Of a stretch of 64,000 bases of DNA, positions 50,466 through 60,286 are shown piece after piece (positions within the stretch are counted from its first letter, which is position 1; every line of letters starts with the position of its first letter). The DNA lies in NCBI GenBank assembly GCA_964531785.1, contig CAZHFF010000001.1:84338-148337 (forward strand), read 5' to 3'. The notes under the pieces were generated by a model. The model was not told the origin of the DNA, searched no databases, and worked only from the letters and a program-made list of their open reading frames with translations. The position numbers were made by a program, and so were the translations under genes. The DNA comes from an uncultured Candidatus Saccharibacteria bacterium (GTDB lineage Bacteria > Patescibacteriota > Minisyncoccia > Phycocordibacterales > UBA12088).

Positions 50466-50571
50466 GTCCTCGCATTCTCCCGCGTGCACCCGCACACAGC
50501 GAGGACCGGGTGCTTACGCACCCCTCCTATCCAACTTGGCTCGTCGACACCTGTCGATGGGCCTCTTTTTT
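50466..50571 (+). ncRNA. Candidate small structured RNA (~105 nt)
   Basis: Begins 7 nt after the -10 box; stems GTCCTCGC/GCGAGGAC and GGGTGC/GCACCC; ends in a 12-bp hairpin followed by TCTTTTTT on the plus strand. Confidence 0.5.
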
Positions 50572-50595
50572 ACAGGCGATCCGGAAGCTGACCCG

Positions 50596-51186
50596 CTATA
50601 TCTTTCCGACAATGTCGAGACCAGGCTTGAGCGTATCCTTGCCCGGTTCCCATGCAGCAGGGCAGACCTGGCCACCGTGGTCCGCGACGAACTTGGCCGC
50701 TTGGAACTTGCGGAAGAGCTCCTTAGCGCTCCTCCCCACACCATCAGCATGGACCTCCATCGCCTGTATGACACCCTTCGGGTCAATGATGAAGCTCCCA
50801 CGGAGCGCAACCCCCTCGTCCTCCAGATAGACTCCGAACGCGCGCGACAGGGCTCCTGTCGGGTCCGCAAGCATAGGGAAGGTGATCTTCTTCACCGCCT
50901 CCGACTGATCGTGCCAAGCCTTGTGTACCCAGTGGGTATCGGTCGATACCGAGAGCACCTCCGCTCCCTGCTTCTTGAACTCAGGATAGAGACCTGCCAT
51001 TTCCTCGAGTTCGGTAGGACAAACGAAGGTAAAGTCAGCAGGGTAAAAGAAGAGTATCAACCACCCTCCTTCATAGCTTTTGAGGGCGATATCCTTGATA
51101 TCCTCGTTATGGAAGGCTTTGAGCGTGAAATCCGGTACCTTCTCGCCCACTTTTACCGCGCAGGTGAATTGGCGTGTTTCAGACAT
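50596..51186 (-). CDS. ahpC: Peroxiredoxin (2-Cys, AhpC)
   Basis: FFYPADFTFVCPTE, HKAW, GRSAKE, VCPAAWEPG. Confidence 0.96.
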   Translation of the reverse strand: MSETRQFTCAVKVGEKVPDFTLKAFHNEDIKDIALKSYEGGWLILFFYPADFTFVCPTELEEMAGLYPEFKKQGAEVLSVSTDTHWVHKAWHDQSEAVKKITFPMLADPTGALSRAFGVYLEDEGVALRGSFIIDPKGVIQAMEVHADGVGRSAKELFRKFQAAKFVADHGGQVCPAAWEPGKDTLKPGLDIVGKI

Positions 51187-51240
51187 GGTTCGTACTTCGT
51201 ACTTAGGCTGGTATGCTGCCAGTATACCACAGGCTTGTAC

Positions 51241-51858
51241 CTACTCGACCGAGATCCCTTCGTCCGTGATGAGCGGAACAAAGACGAACCCGTCATGTCG
51301 TTCGATCAGATGATCGGTCGTCCGGCGAGTCACTTTTACGATCATGTGTCGCACGGGCATGACCAGGATCCCGCCGACCTTGAGCTGCTCCACGAGCGTT
51401 GCCGGTAGGTTGCGTGCGGCCGCAGATACGAGAATGCGGTCGAACGGGGCTTCCTCGGGTGCGCCAAGCGCGCGTGCCTCACGGATGGTCGCGTGTTCGC
51501 TACCTGCGGCACGCAGGTTCCCTTGGCCCAGTGTTACAAGCTCTGGTATGCGTTCGATACCCAGAACCGTCCCGTCGGGCGAAACCGCGTGTGCCATGAG
51601 CGCGGTCGTCCAGCCGGAACCGGTGCCGATATCAAGCACCTGCTGCCCGGATGCAAGTTCCAAGAGCTCGAGCATGAACGCCACTGTGCTCGGCTGACTG
51701 ATCGTTTGGCCTTCACCAATGGGGAGCGGGACATCCTCATAGGCGCGGGCGTGATACTGCGCAGGTACGAACCATGCACGGTCGACCGCGCTGAACGCTG
51801 CCTTGAGCTGTGGTGAGTATAAAATACGTTGCGTTACAAGATAGTCGAGCCCTGTCAT
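51241..51858 (-). CDS. pcm: Protein-L-isoaspartate O-methyltransferase
   Basis: AYEDVPLPIGEGQTISQP, VLDIGTGSGW, APFDRILVSAA, FVFVPL. Confidence 0.95.
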   Translation of the reverse strand: MTGLDYLVTQRILYSPQLKAAFSAVDRAWFVPAQYHARAYEDVPLPIGEGQTISQPSTVAFMLELLELASGQQVLDIGTGSGWTTALMAHAVSPDGTVLGIERIPELVTLGQGNLRAAGSEHATIREARALGAPEEAPFDRILVSAAARNLPATLVEQLKVGGILVMPVRHMIVKVTRRTTDHLIERHDGFVFVPLITDEGISVE

Positions 51859-51917
51859 AGAGCCATAGTACCAGAACCTGCGACCGGTGCTTGGCCGCTG
51901 CGTGGTATACTAGACAC

Positions 51918-52661
51918 ATGCGATTGTTTGTTCATGCAATGCTCGTCATGCTGGTGCTCATGGGTGGTGTGGTACCCGTACGCGCCGTTGCAGCCCTTAC
52001 GGTAGATGGCGTGCTCGCGCACACCAATGCAGCGCGGTATCGGGACGGCGCGGGGTTCCTCGTGCGGAGTCCGGAGCTCAGCAAGGCAGCAGAAACCAAG
52101 CTCAATGATCTGTTCGCTCGTCAGTACTTTGCTCATGACTCACCCACGGGCGAATCTATCGCGGACCTCGCAAAACAGGCAGGGTATCGCTACATAACCG
52201 TGGGCGAGAACTTGGCGCTTGGCACGTTCGGTTCGAGCAAAGCGGTCGTTGATGCGTGGATGGGAAGCCCCGGACACCGGGCGAACATCCTCAAGCGCTC
52301 GTACCAAGAGATAGGCATTGCGGTTGCAGAGGGTACATATGAGGGGAGACGGGTGTGGATAGCGGTACAGGCGTTCGGACTGCCACAGGCAGCGTGTCCG
52401 CCCCCTTCCGAGACAGAGCGTGAGCTTGTTCGGCACGTCGAGGCGCGCCTGAAGGTGCTACTTACGGTCGCGGAGCTTCGCAAAGCGGTGTTCGAGAGCA
52501 CACGTCAGAGCTCGCCGCTCTACCTCGATCGGTACGACAGTTTTAAGAAGGCCGCACTGCTGTACAACGACGAACTTGAGCAGCAGAAAAAGGTGGTTGC
52601 GAAGTACAACCGCGCGGTAGAATCTTTCAACTCGTGCGTCAAGCGGGCTACGAGCTCGTAG
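51918..52661 (+). CDS. Secreted CAP (SCP/PR-1)-domain protein
   Basis: Signal peptide, TNAAR, YFAHDSP, GENLA, AWMGSPGHRANIL, EIGIAV, VQAFG. Confidence 0.92.
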   Translation: MRLFVHAMLVMLVLMGGVVPVRAVAALTVDGVLAHTNAARYRDGAGFLVRSPELSKAAETKLNDLFARQYFAHDSPTGESIADLAKQAGYRYITVGENLALGTFGSSKAVVDAWMGSPGHRANILKRSYQEIGIAVAEGTYEGRRVWIAVQAFGLPQAACPPPSETERELVRHVEARLKVLLTVAELRKAVFESTRQSSPLYLDRYDSFKKAALLYNDELEQQKKVVAKYNRAVESFNSCVKRATSS

Positions 52662-53454
52662 CGGTCTCGCTTGGCTCCGGATCTAGCAACGCTTCCGTCT
52701 CATCGAGCATGTCTTCGTCGAAGCCGTCTTCCGTTGATACCTCTTCCTCGGCTCGCTCGGTTTCAAGCGTATCCGCAGGGGGGAGCGGTTCCGTTTCATG
52801 TGTTTCGCCTAGGTACTGGTTCGGGCGGTAGTTCTGTCGCATGCTTCCGTCCTCGCTCATTCCATAGAGGGAGTTCTCCGTGATCGTTCCGCCGCGAAGG
52901 AGTACCCATCCGTTCGCATCATGCTCGACGACCGCACCACTACGTGCCTCAACATGCATGACCGGTCGGTAGAGGTAGGTTCCGTCCTCATCAATGAGCG
53001 TCCTTTCCAGGCGCACCAGGAGCGCCGTGACAGCTCCGGCTCGCGCCTCGAACGACACAGGAACACGCACCAGATCGTGGGGAAGTGAGACCGCGCCGGG
53101 AGCGGGGGGTGTGGCTGCCGGATCGCGCAGCCTGAATGATAGCCCAGTATACGAGCCGGTCGGGATAGGGACTTCGAGGACAAGCGTAAGCCCGGCCTGC
53201 TGTTCGAGCGACACACGGCGCGTGCGCAGGGTAGCGCGCACCGGGCGGCCGACTGCCCGTTCAAGCACCAGGTCGTCGAGGCCGATAGCGGCGACCCATA
53301 ACTCCGCATGATCGAACGCTGGGCCGAGCACGATCACGAGCGTGCCGGTCGGCTTCCAGGGCGGAGCATGTCGCACCAAGGTGCTTGCGAACAGTCCCAA
53401 GCTGATCAAGAGCATAACAATAACGACGAACACTGTTAAGCGCTTCGCGTCCAT
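52648..53454 (-). CDS. Membrane-anchored protein, DUF4382-like
   Basis: N-terminal TM; GTLVI...IPTGSYTGLSF...VPVSFEA...YLYRPV beta-sandwich pattern; acidic tail. Confidence 0.55.
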   Translation of the reverse strand: MDAKRLTVFVVIVMLLISLGLFASTLVRHAPPWKPTGTLVIVLGPAFDHAELWVAAIGLDDLVLERAVGRPVRATLRTRRVSLEQQAGLTLVLEVPIPTGSYTGLSFRLRDPAATPPAPGAVSLPHDLVRVPVSFEARAGAVTALLVRLERTLIDEDGTYLYRPVMHVEARSGAVVEHDANGWVLLRGGTITENSLYGMSEDGSMRQNYRPNQYLGETHETEPLPPADTLETERAEEEVSTEDGFDEDMLDETEALLDPEPSETATSS

Positions 53455-53544
53455 GGCCTCAGTATACCGCAGGGCCAAGAAAAGGGTGATGTCGTGGCGC
53501 TTCCGTCTTGTGTGGTTCGGGGGCTACGGTATACTAGTATCTGT

Positions 53545-53913
53545 ATGGAGGCGGCTTTCTTGAAAATGGACATATTCTTTTTTGTAACGACGGTTGCTGT
53601 TGTGCTGTTCTCGACCGTGTTCCTTATCGCGCTTATTTTTATTGTGCGCATTCTCCAGGACATTCGTGAGATCACCAAGATCGCGCGTCGTGAGACCGCT
53701 GAACTTGCGGAAGATTTCGATGCCGTACGGGCTGACATCAAGGAGGGTGTTGCGGATGCGCGGGAGGCCGTATCGGTCGGCCTGCGCACGGCACAGGCCG
53801 CTTCGGGTGTTGCGGGCGCCGCGGGCATCATGCGCGCGCTCGTGGGCATTTTCGATTCGTTCGGGGAAACAAAGCGCAGGACGCGTCGGCGGCATAAGCG
53901 TAGTGGAGAGTAA
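53545..53913 (+). CDS. Small membrane protein (TM plus helical region)
   Basis: MDIFFFVTTVAVV... TM helix followed by an amphipathic helix; TATACT upstream. Confidence 0.7.
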   Translation: MEAAFLKMDIFFFVTTVAVVLFSTVFLIALIFIVRILQDIREITKIARRETAELAEDFDAVRADIKEGVADAREAVSVGLRTAQAASGVAGAAGIMRALVGIFDSFGETKRRTRRRHKRSGE

Positions 53914-53941
53914 ATTACCAGGAGTAAGTAACATAAGACGT

Positions 53942-54304
53942 ATGGCGGAGAAGAAGCAGAAGGAGGAAAAGGCAGGTGGACTTGGTTTTGCGGCGGCACT
54001 CGTGGCAGCGGCCGCGGCGGGGATGTACCTCTATGGTAAAAATGGCACAGAAAGACGCCAGAAGATCCAGGCGTGGAGCCTGAAGGCCAAAGCTGATGTG
54101 CTCGAGCAATTCGAAAAGCGGAAAGAGGTCGGAAAGGCTCAGTACGAAGAGGTCATCGATAAGGTGACCGCCAAGTATGCGAGGCTCAAGAACGTCGGTG
54201 ACGAAGAGGCGACCAAGCTCAATAAGGAGCTCAAAAAGCACTGGAAGGCGATCAGCGACGCTGCGCAGGTCGAACCTAAAAAAGGTCGCAAGAGCACAAA
54301 GTAG
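53942..54304 (+). CDS. YtxH-like protein
   Basis: GLGFAAALVAAAAAGMYLYGKNG..RR..I pattern followed by Lys/Glu-rich helices. Confidence 0.65.
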   Translation: MAEKKQKEEKAGGLGFAAALVAAAAAGMYLYGKNGTERRQKIQAWSLKAKADVLEQFEKRKEVGKAQYEEVIDKVTAKYARLKNVGDEEATKLNKELKKHWKAISDAAQVEPKKGRKSTK

Positions 54305-54414
54305 CGTACCCGCCAACAACGTAGAGAGAAGGGCCGCAGAGCGGCTCTTTTCTGTCCCCAGTCTCAGTATCTTGTATCCTACACGGCACGGCGTAAGCGT
54401 GCGACAATATCCGT

Positions 54415-55491
54415 GTGGTCGGAACCAAGCTAGAGGGATACTTCTTCACCGCGATCCTCATAGGTGCGCTCGTTATCGTGGCGTACCTTTTTTTGCCGTA
54501 CCTGGGGGCGCTTGCAGTGGCGCTCGTGACCGCGGTACTCCTGTATCCATTACATTGCCGCATCCAGAGGTTGGTGCGGCATGAGGCGATCTCTGCGTTC
54601 CTGTCGGTACTGCTCGCCTCGGTACTGCTCATTGTCCCGGCAACGCTCCTCGTATACCTCATCGTGCAGGAGGTGCGGGCACTGACGGCCATGTTCGCAA
54701 GCGCCGACATGAACGGTGTCTTCACCCTGCTCGCGCCGTTCGAGTCGGTCCTACAAGACGCTTTTCCTGCACTGTTCGATCTCAATATTCGTACGGTCAT
54801 GGTCGAAGCGCTTGGCATTGTCTCGCGCAATCTCGGGGGCGCGTTCGCTTCGACTGCTCATCTCTTGCTGGGACTGTTCGTGTCCCTGATCGCGCTGTAC
54901 TATTTCCTCAAGGATGGCAGGCGGTTCGTGCGGCTCATCATTATGTACTCGCCGCTTGCTGACCGCGACGATCACGCCGTACTCCAAAAATTGGACATGG
55001 TCATGCACTCGCTTATCCGCGGAGGTCTGGTGATCGCGGTGCTCCAGGGGCTCTTGACGGGCATTGGTTTCTACCTCTTCGGATTGCCGAGTCCGATCCT
55101 CTGGGGTTCGGTCGCCGGTATTGCTGCTATTCTGCCGACCATCGGCACTGCGTTCGTAACATTGCCTGCATTCCTCTGGCTCTTGGTGAGCGCTTCGCTT
55201 CCGGAAGCCTTCCTCTTCGCCGCGTACGGGCTCATGATCATCGGGCTGGTCGACAACATCCTCGGCCCTCGTATCATCGGTCGGGGGAAGGGAGTCGAGA
55301 TCCATCCATTGCCGGTCCTCCTCTCCGTCCTCGGCGGCCTCGGCGTCTTCGGCGCCCCGGGCTTTTTGATCGGACCTATGGTACTCGCGTTCCTCATTGC
55401 GCTCATGCATATCTATGCGCAAAAGATACCGCTCATCGAGGAGGTGACCGTACTTGCACCTGAGGATGTGGACCCGCATGAGGTGCGGTAG
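54415..55491 (+). CDS. AI-2E family transporter
   Basis: Multi-TM; YYFLKDG, IAVLQGLL, LPTIG, DNILGPRI, IHPLPVLLSVLGGL..FG..GFLIGP. Confidence 0.92.
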   Translation: MVGTKLEGYFFTAILIGALVIVAYLFLPYLGALAVALVTAVLLYPLHCRIQRLVRHEAISAFLSVLLASVLLIVPATLLVYLIVQEVRALTAMFASADMNGVFTLLAPFESVLQDAFPALFDLNIRTVMVEALGIVSRNLGGAFASTAHLLLGLFVSLIALYYFLKDGRRFVRLIIMYSPLADRDDHAVLQKLDMVMHSLIRGGLVIAVLQGLLTGIGFYLFGLPSPILWGSVAGIAAILPTIGTAFVTLPAFLWLLVSASLPEAFLFAAYGLMIIGLVDNILGPRIIGRGKGVEIHPLPVLLSVLGGLGVFGAPGFLIGPMVLAFLIALMHIYAQKIPLIEEVTVLAPEDVDPHEVR

Positions 55492-55560
55492 GTGCTTTTG
55501 TGAAACGCTCCTCGCGCGTATCTTCATGATGACGCCATGCGGTGCGGGTAGACTGTTTGC

Positions 55561-55929
55561 ATGAGGCTGCATCCTTTCGTCAGGCTCTGGCTCTTAAGGC
55601 GCGAGGTGTTCGCGCTCCTTGTGGCAGCGGGTGACCCGAGGACTCCGCCGCTCGCACGGCTCATGACCGTCGCATCGGTCCTGTACCTGTTACTGCCGTT
55701 CGACCTCGTACCTGAGTTCATACCAATTCTCGGCTTGTTAGACGATCTCGTGCTCGTGCCGCTTGGGCTCAGTATCGCTCATACCCGGGTGCCGGCCAGT
55801 ATCCTCGCACACGCACGCGTGCGTGCGAAACGCTTTGACCGGATCTTCACGGGAGCGCTCATCCTGGCTTTTATCTTCATCCTCGGATCTGTTGCGGTCG
55901 GATTGTCACTGCTCTGGCGTTTCCTGTAG
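55561..55929 (+). CDS. DUF1232 (YkvA) family membrane protein
   Basis: DPRTP...YLLLPFDLVPEFIPILGLLDDL. Confidence 0.9.
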   Translation: MRLHPFVRLWLLRREVFALLVAAGDPRTPPLARLMTVASVLYLLLPFDLVPEFIPILGLLDDLVLVPLGLSIAHTRVPASILAHARVRAKRFDRIFTGALILAFIFILGSVAVGLSLLWRFL

Positions 55930-55952
55930 GGGATATGGGTAACAATAAGAGA

Positions 55953-55975
55953 CCCGCGTCCTTCGTGGACGCGGG
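55953..55975. terminator. Hairpin between convergent genes
   Basis: CCCGCGTCC-ttcgt-GGACGCGGG. Confidence 0.6.
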
Positions 55976-55980
55976 ATCGT

Positions 55981-57423
55981 TTACGCTTCTGTTTGCGCAA
56001 GCACTGCCCGAACGACATCGGCCGCCTGCATCGGCCGGCCGGGTGTGCCAGTGCCGGTCACCTGCCACACGTACCGTGTGTCACGTGCGAGGAACGTGCC
56101 CCCGGTCTGGATCGGAGGTATGTGCTTCGCTTCCTCCTCGTCGAGTACGTCACTGGTCGCAGCAAGGCCATTGCATAGGCACGCTTTGTCCGTGTCATCC
56201 TTGGTGCCACCCCGCTGCTTATAGAGCGGGTCTCCAGTGCACTCGTAGCGGACCACGTAACTACCTTCCTCCAGAACGAGCACGGGGGTCCTGAGGTAGC
56301 ACTTCGTGCACCCGGGTTTCTTGAGCGCATTCGGATCGGACATCGTGTTCTCATGCTGCACGACCTGGAATCGATAATTGGTCGGGGACATGTTCGTTGA
56401 CTCGACCACGAGCGTATCGTTCCTTATCTTCTCGAGCGTAGCGTCGCGAAGCCGTGCAAGTGTCCCTGACTCAGGGGTAAGCGAGAACGGGCCGCCCACC
56501 TGTATGCCGACAGCGCCGAGCTCACGCGCTTCCTGAAAGCGGGGTAACCATCCGCCCGCCAACCAGTAGGGGAGCGAGGTGAGCCTACGAAGCTTATCAA
56601 AGTCCATCTCATCCTTTGGACCGTACTCCGTCTTGTTCCTCGGGTTCGCATTATGGCCGCCCGCGTCTTTGTTCTCGACGATGAAACCGTCAATGCCCTC
56701 AAATCCGGACGTCATGCGTCGAAGCCCTTCGACCGCGCTCTGCATGGTCACGATCGGGAGGAACAGCGGAATACGGAACAGTGCCGGGTCGCGTGTGCTC
56801 GCTTTCGCCACCTCTCCCATCTTGCTCGTCAGCACCTCGAGATCGAGTACCATATACTGACCGACCTTTGAGTTTTCCACGTCATGGAGGAACGTTGTGC
56901 GACGCTCGGTAACAAGTTCCTGCATCATGTGCGGGAAGTCGCCAGGTAGACCGGCACCCACGATGAGGTATGAGATCGCCGTAGGTTTACGCAGAGCAAC
57001 GGCCATCATGAGCCCAACGAGCGTGTCGAGGTGGGGGTACCCGACCTTGTAGAGCACGTTGGCACCCACCGGGTGATCGTGCCCTTCGCTTGCGAGGTAG
57101 AACTCGGCGAATGACCCGAACAGGGTCATCCAGCGCAGGAGTACCGGCGGATCGAGGTTGTATGCCGGCAAGACCTTGCGATTTTCCACGAACGCGTGGC
57201 GTATGAGCTGCGCCACTTCGGGAAAGAAACTCCCAAAGAGGTCGAGCGCACGGAGCTGGTCGATATCGTTCTTAACGAGGCGCGAACGCGCGACGTGTGC
57301 GATCATGGTGAGCGATACGGTGCCTCCCGCGCGGCCGTTCCCGGTCTTGGCGACGGTGCGCGCAAGCGTGTATTGGGATATTTTGACACCCATCCCTCCT
57401 TGGATGAGCTTCATGTTTTGCAT
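55981..57423 (-). CDS. Nitronate monooxygenase-family FMN-dependent oxidoreductase
   Basis: LIQGGMGV, GAGLP, DGFIVE...AGGHN, WLAGG, GAVGIQVG, ESG, CLCNGL; AAGGAGG SD. Confidence 0.8.
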   Translation of the reverse strand: MQNMKLIQGGMGVKISQYTLARTVAKTGNGRAGGTVSLTMIAHVARSRLVKNDIDQLRALDLFGSFFPEVAQLIRHAFVENRKVLPAYNLDPPVLLRWMTLFGSFAEFYLASEGHDHPVGANVLYKVGYPHLDTLVGLMMAVALRKPTAISYLIVGAGLPGDFPHMMQELVTERRTTFLHDVENSKVGQYMVLDLEVLTSKMGEVAKASTRDPALFRIPLFLPIVTMQSAVEGLRRMTSGFEGIDGFIVENKDAGGHNANPRNKTEYGPKDEMDFDKLRRLTSLPYWLAGGWLPRFQEARELGAVGIQVGGPFSLTPESGTLARLRDATLEKIRNDTLVVESTNMSPTNYRFQVVQHENTMSDPNALKKPGCTKCYLRTPVLVLEEGSYVVRYECTGDPLYKQRGGTKDDTDKACLCNGLAATSDVLDEEEAKHIPPIQTGGTFLARDTRYVWQVTGTGTPGRPMQAADVVRAVLAQTEA

Positions 57424-57539
57424 CTTAGCCTCCTTGCTATGTTCTGCGCGCAGTATACGTGAGTGTATGCCTGCTGGCCAATACCGCCCAGTAGCTCTGC
57501 AGCAGGTGTTTCCTCTGGTGATCGGTGCGCGCTACTGCT

Positions 57540-58259
57540 TCAGGCAGAGATACCCAGTGTCTCAAGCAGCGTGGTGTGCTCGCTCGGGGTAAGGGCACGG
57601 TAGCGGCCTGGTTGCAGGTCGTCGAGGTTGATGTGCCCGATGCGTACCCGCAGAAGACCTGTGACCGAGTATCCAAGAGTCGCGCACATGCGTCGGATCT
57701 GTCGGTGCTTTCCCTCAGTGAGCATGATCGAAAAGGTGTGCCGGTCGTGCACGACGACCTGACACGGCTTGGTCCGGTAATCCGAAAGCTTGACTCCGCT
57801 TTCCATACGCTGTTCGAAGTCCCGCCTGATCGGCTCTTGCACCGTGACCCGGTACTCTTTTTCATGGCGTGTCTGGGGAGAAAGGAGCGGCCCGACGATA
57901 CGGGTGTCGTTCGTGATCAGGATAAGGCCGCTCGAGTCCTTGTCGAGGCGACCGACAGGCTGTAGGTTCTCGTGCGGATCGAGTCTTGCTGCGGTTGCAA
58001 TATCAGTTTCTCCCTCTGCAGGGGCGTTCGTAACGATACCAACGGGTTTGTGGTACGCGAGATAGGTATAAGACGAAAGCGGGGCCTGGCCGAGGACAGT
58101 GACCGTGTCACCCTCCGTAACCTGGTCGCCGATCTTCGCGATACGGCCATTGATCCGTACCTGCCTGCTTTCTATGAGCAGGTCGGCACCGCGCCTCGAC
58201 GCATAGCCCTTCTGGGCAAGGTATCGGTTTATGCGGATCGGGTATTGGGTGTTGGTCAT
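57540..58259 (-). CDS. Pseudouridine synthase, RsuA/RluB/E/F family
   Basis: S4 domain RINRYLA..G.ASRR.AD; HKPVG; catalytic GRLDKDSSGL; EKEY; EGKHRQIRRM. Confidence 0.95.
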   Translation of the reverse strand: MTNTQYPIRINRYLAQKGYASRRGADLLIESRQVRINGRIAKIGDQVTEGDTVTVLGQAPLSSYTYLAYHKPVGIVTNAPAEGETDIATAARLDPHENLQPVGRLDKDSSGLILITNDTRIVGPLLSPQTRHEKEYRVTVQEPIRRDFEQRMESGVKLSDYRTKPCQVVVHDRHTFSIMLTEGKHRQIRRMCATLGYSVTGLLRVRIGHINLDDLQPGRYRALTPSEHTTLLETLGISA

Positions 58260-58344
58260 GGTTCTCAACTCTCTATTGAGCCGTGCTGTAACAGGTTAGG
58301 CTGGCGCGACGACAGCATGTCGTTATCGCACCAGCCCATTACTA

Positions 58345-58644
58345 CTACCGCTTTTTCCTTCGCTTACGTTTTTGCGTCACAAAAACTATGCTCTGCAAGA
58401 GGTGGGGCACGGAATGGTTAGTGATGCCCATTGCAAGGAGCAGCAGCGCAGCTTGTGCTTCACGTTTATCCTGCTTGGCGAGCTCGAGCTTGTTGGACAA
58501 GAGGACATTCCGCGCCCGTGTCTGCCCAAGTAGAGCCAGGAGCTCGGAGATCTTGTCATGCAGCACCTCACGATCCTCCAGCACCAGTCGAATATCATGT
58601 TCCAGCTCCTCGACCGTTGGCGAGGTTCTTTTCCGCTTTGCCAT
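58345..58644 (-). CDS. Small hypothetical coiled-coil protein
   Basis: GGAGG SD before the ATG; heptad Leu pattern; basic tail. Confidence 0.55.
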   Translation of the reverse strand: MAKRKRTSPTVEELEHDIRLVLEDREVLHDKISELLALLGQTRARNVLLSNKLELAKQDKREAQAALLLLAMGITNHSVPHLLQSIVFVTQKRKRRKKR

Positions 58645-58972
58645 TGCGTCCTCCCGCGCGACTCAACTGTTCACCATAAAACCATCTACCAACTTCACTG
58701 TCAATAGTAGGCACAGAACATGCCTTCGCGTTTCGATACCCGCACGCGAGCAAAGAAGTTTGCTCGCTCCTCTTCACCTCAACGAAAAACGGCACGCTGA
58801 TCGCGTGCACGTTTTCGTAATCGGTGGAGATTGCTGAAGGAAGTTAGAGCCTGTTTGATTGAATGCAGGGTTACACATTTCCTACGTCTGGTGGATGAAT
58901 GGGTACCCCCAATACCGTTTTAAACTATGAAAAGGGAATGGGGATAGCTGGCGATTAGAACCTTGGCATGCA

Positions 58973-60277
58973 TTATTTCTTCCGATATACAATCGCAGAT
59001 GGTACACGCCTGCCGTTTGATGGTGACCATAGGAAAGGATGCTCCTCTTTCTTTGGCCAACGTACGTAGTGTTGATTGCCAAATGTTTTGACTTTGCCAT
59101 TTAGCTCTTTAACAGCAAGTCGTGAAGATTGGCCTGGATCAAGATGATATGCCCATTGCACGGCTTCTTTTGGAAGCAACAATGCGGTCTCTTGCGGCGT
59201 AATACCTTGAAAATGTTCTGTCTGGGGTGCGCCATCAAATACTCGCGTATGAATGTTTCCGTCAGTATCCTTATAAATTACCGATCGTGCCATCCTACGT
59301 TCTCCAAATGGCGGATGTTCACCAAGAGAAAGATCATGATTGATCTCGTGATCTTTCTTATCTATAAAATGATGTACATTTGGACCGATACTGACTGCAG
59401 ATTCAATGTCTGTAAGACTCAGTGTGTCGAGGGTAAGGGGTTGTACTGGATCCCCAACTTTGAAATGACTAGCATCAACACCTTTCAACTGGAAAATAAA
59501 ATTTCCCGCAAAGAGATTGGTATGACCCCCCGCGATAACTTGTTTGATACGCAATACGCCATCATTATCTGCCAGTACAACTACATCAAACGAGTCGTTG
59601 TCTTGTGGTGTAAAATTTACTGCCTCATCCAGAACCCGTTTTGTGCCAGTGTTTTGAGCTTGTACATGCCGCACCACACAGCACGCGGAATTATACAAAA
59701 CCATATGGTTTTCATTCGTTTCATTGCGATGTTGAGACCGTGCGCCTACCCACTCGTATTCATCTGAACCAAAGCCGATGGTTCCTTTCGCTCGTACTTC
59801 TTTTACATCAAACCCACTCTCTGTTGAGAACACTGCCGGGCGATCCGCTGCTGGCAATCCCACAACATAACGTCCCCGTATGCAAAGATTGTACGTCGGG
59901 TCAGTAGGCACATATGCACCCTCGTCAACGAGATGGAAAAATCCGGCGTTCATGGCACCGATTGCATGTTCGTCGTTTATGAGCAATCGTTTGAGCGAGA
60001 CAGCATGGCTTGCAGTAAATACCTCCGGTGTTGTGGAAGGATTTTCATCCGGTAATGACAAATCGTAAATGTTTGTGAACGCCTGGTCGCCTAACTCAAC
60101 CGTATTCTGCGAAAATACAGCACCTCCCATAGCCTCTCTCGTTTCTGCGTTTGCCCGCACTTCAAAAGGGGACTGGTCGGTACGCAGCGATTCAACACTA
60201 GGAATTTCAAGTCCAGTTTCTTCCCCATATGTCTCTATCTGTTTCTGGTTAAATGATTCAAAAAATTGCTTCGCCAT
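58973..60277 (-). CDS. Phosphodiester glycosidase (NAGPA/DUF2233)-like protein, no signal peptide
   Basis: GAMNAGFF, SIGP, RMARSVI, FDG...GIT..E.A, AYHLDPGQSS (variant of NLDGGGS), RRVPSAI. Confidence 0.7.
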   Translation of the reverse strand: MAKQFFESFNQKQIETYGEETGLEIPSVESLRTDQSPFEVRANAETREAMGGAVFSQNTVELGDQAFTNIYDLSLPDENPSTTPEVFTASHAVSLKRLLINDEHAIGAMNAGFFHLVDEGAYVPTDPTYNLCIRGRYVVGLPAADRPAVFSTESGFDVKEVRAKGTIGFGSDEYEWVGARSQHRNETNENHMVLYNSACCVVRHVQAQNTGTKRVLDEAVNFTPQDNDSFDVVVLADNDGVLRIKQVIAGGHTNLFAGNFIFQLKGVDASHFKVGDPVQPLTLDTLSLTDIESAVSIGPNVHHFIDKKDHEINHDLSLGEHPPFGERRMARSVIYKDTDGNIHTRVFDGAPQTEHFQGITPQETALLLPKEAVQWAYHLDPGQSSRLAVKELNGKVKTFGNQHYVRWPKKEEHPFLWSPSNGRRVPSAIVYRKK

Positions 60278-60286
60278 GATTTTGTA

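Noticed and set aside
50572-50596. SRP RNA-like CAGG...CCGGAAG fragment
   Set aside because: It lacks the AGCAG partner strand and long flanking helix, and lies outside the promoter-terminator unit.
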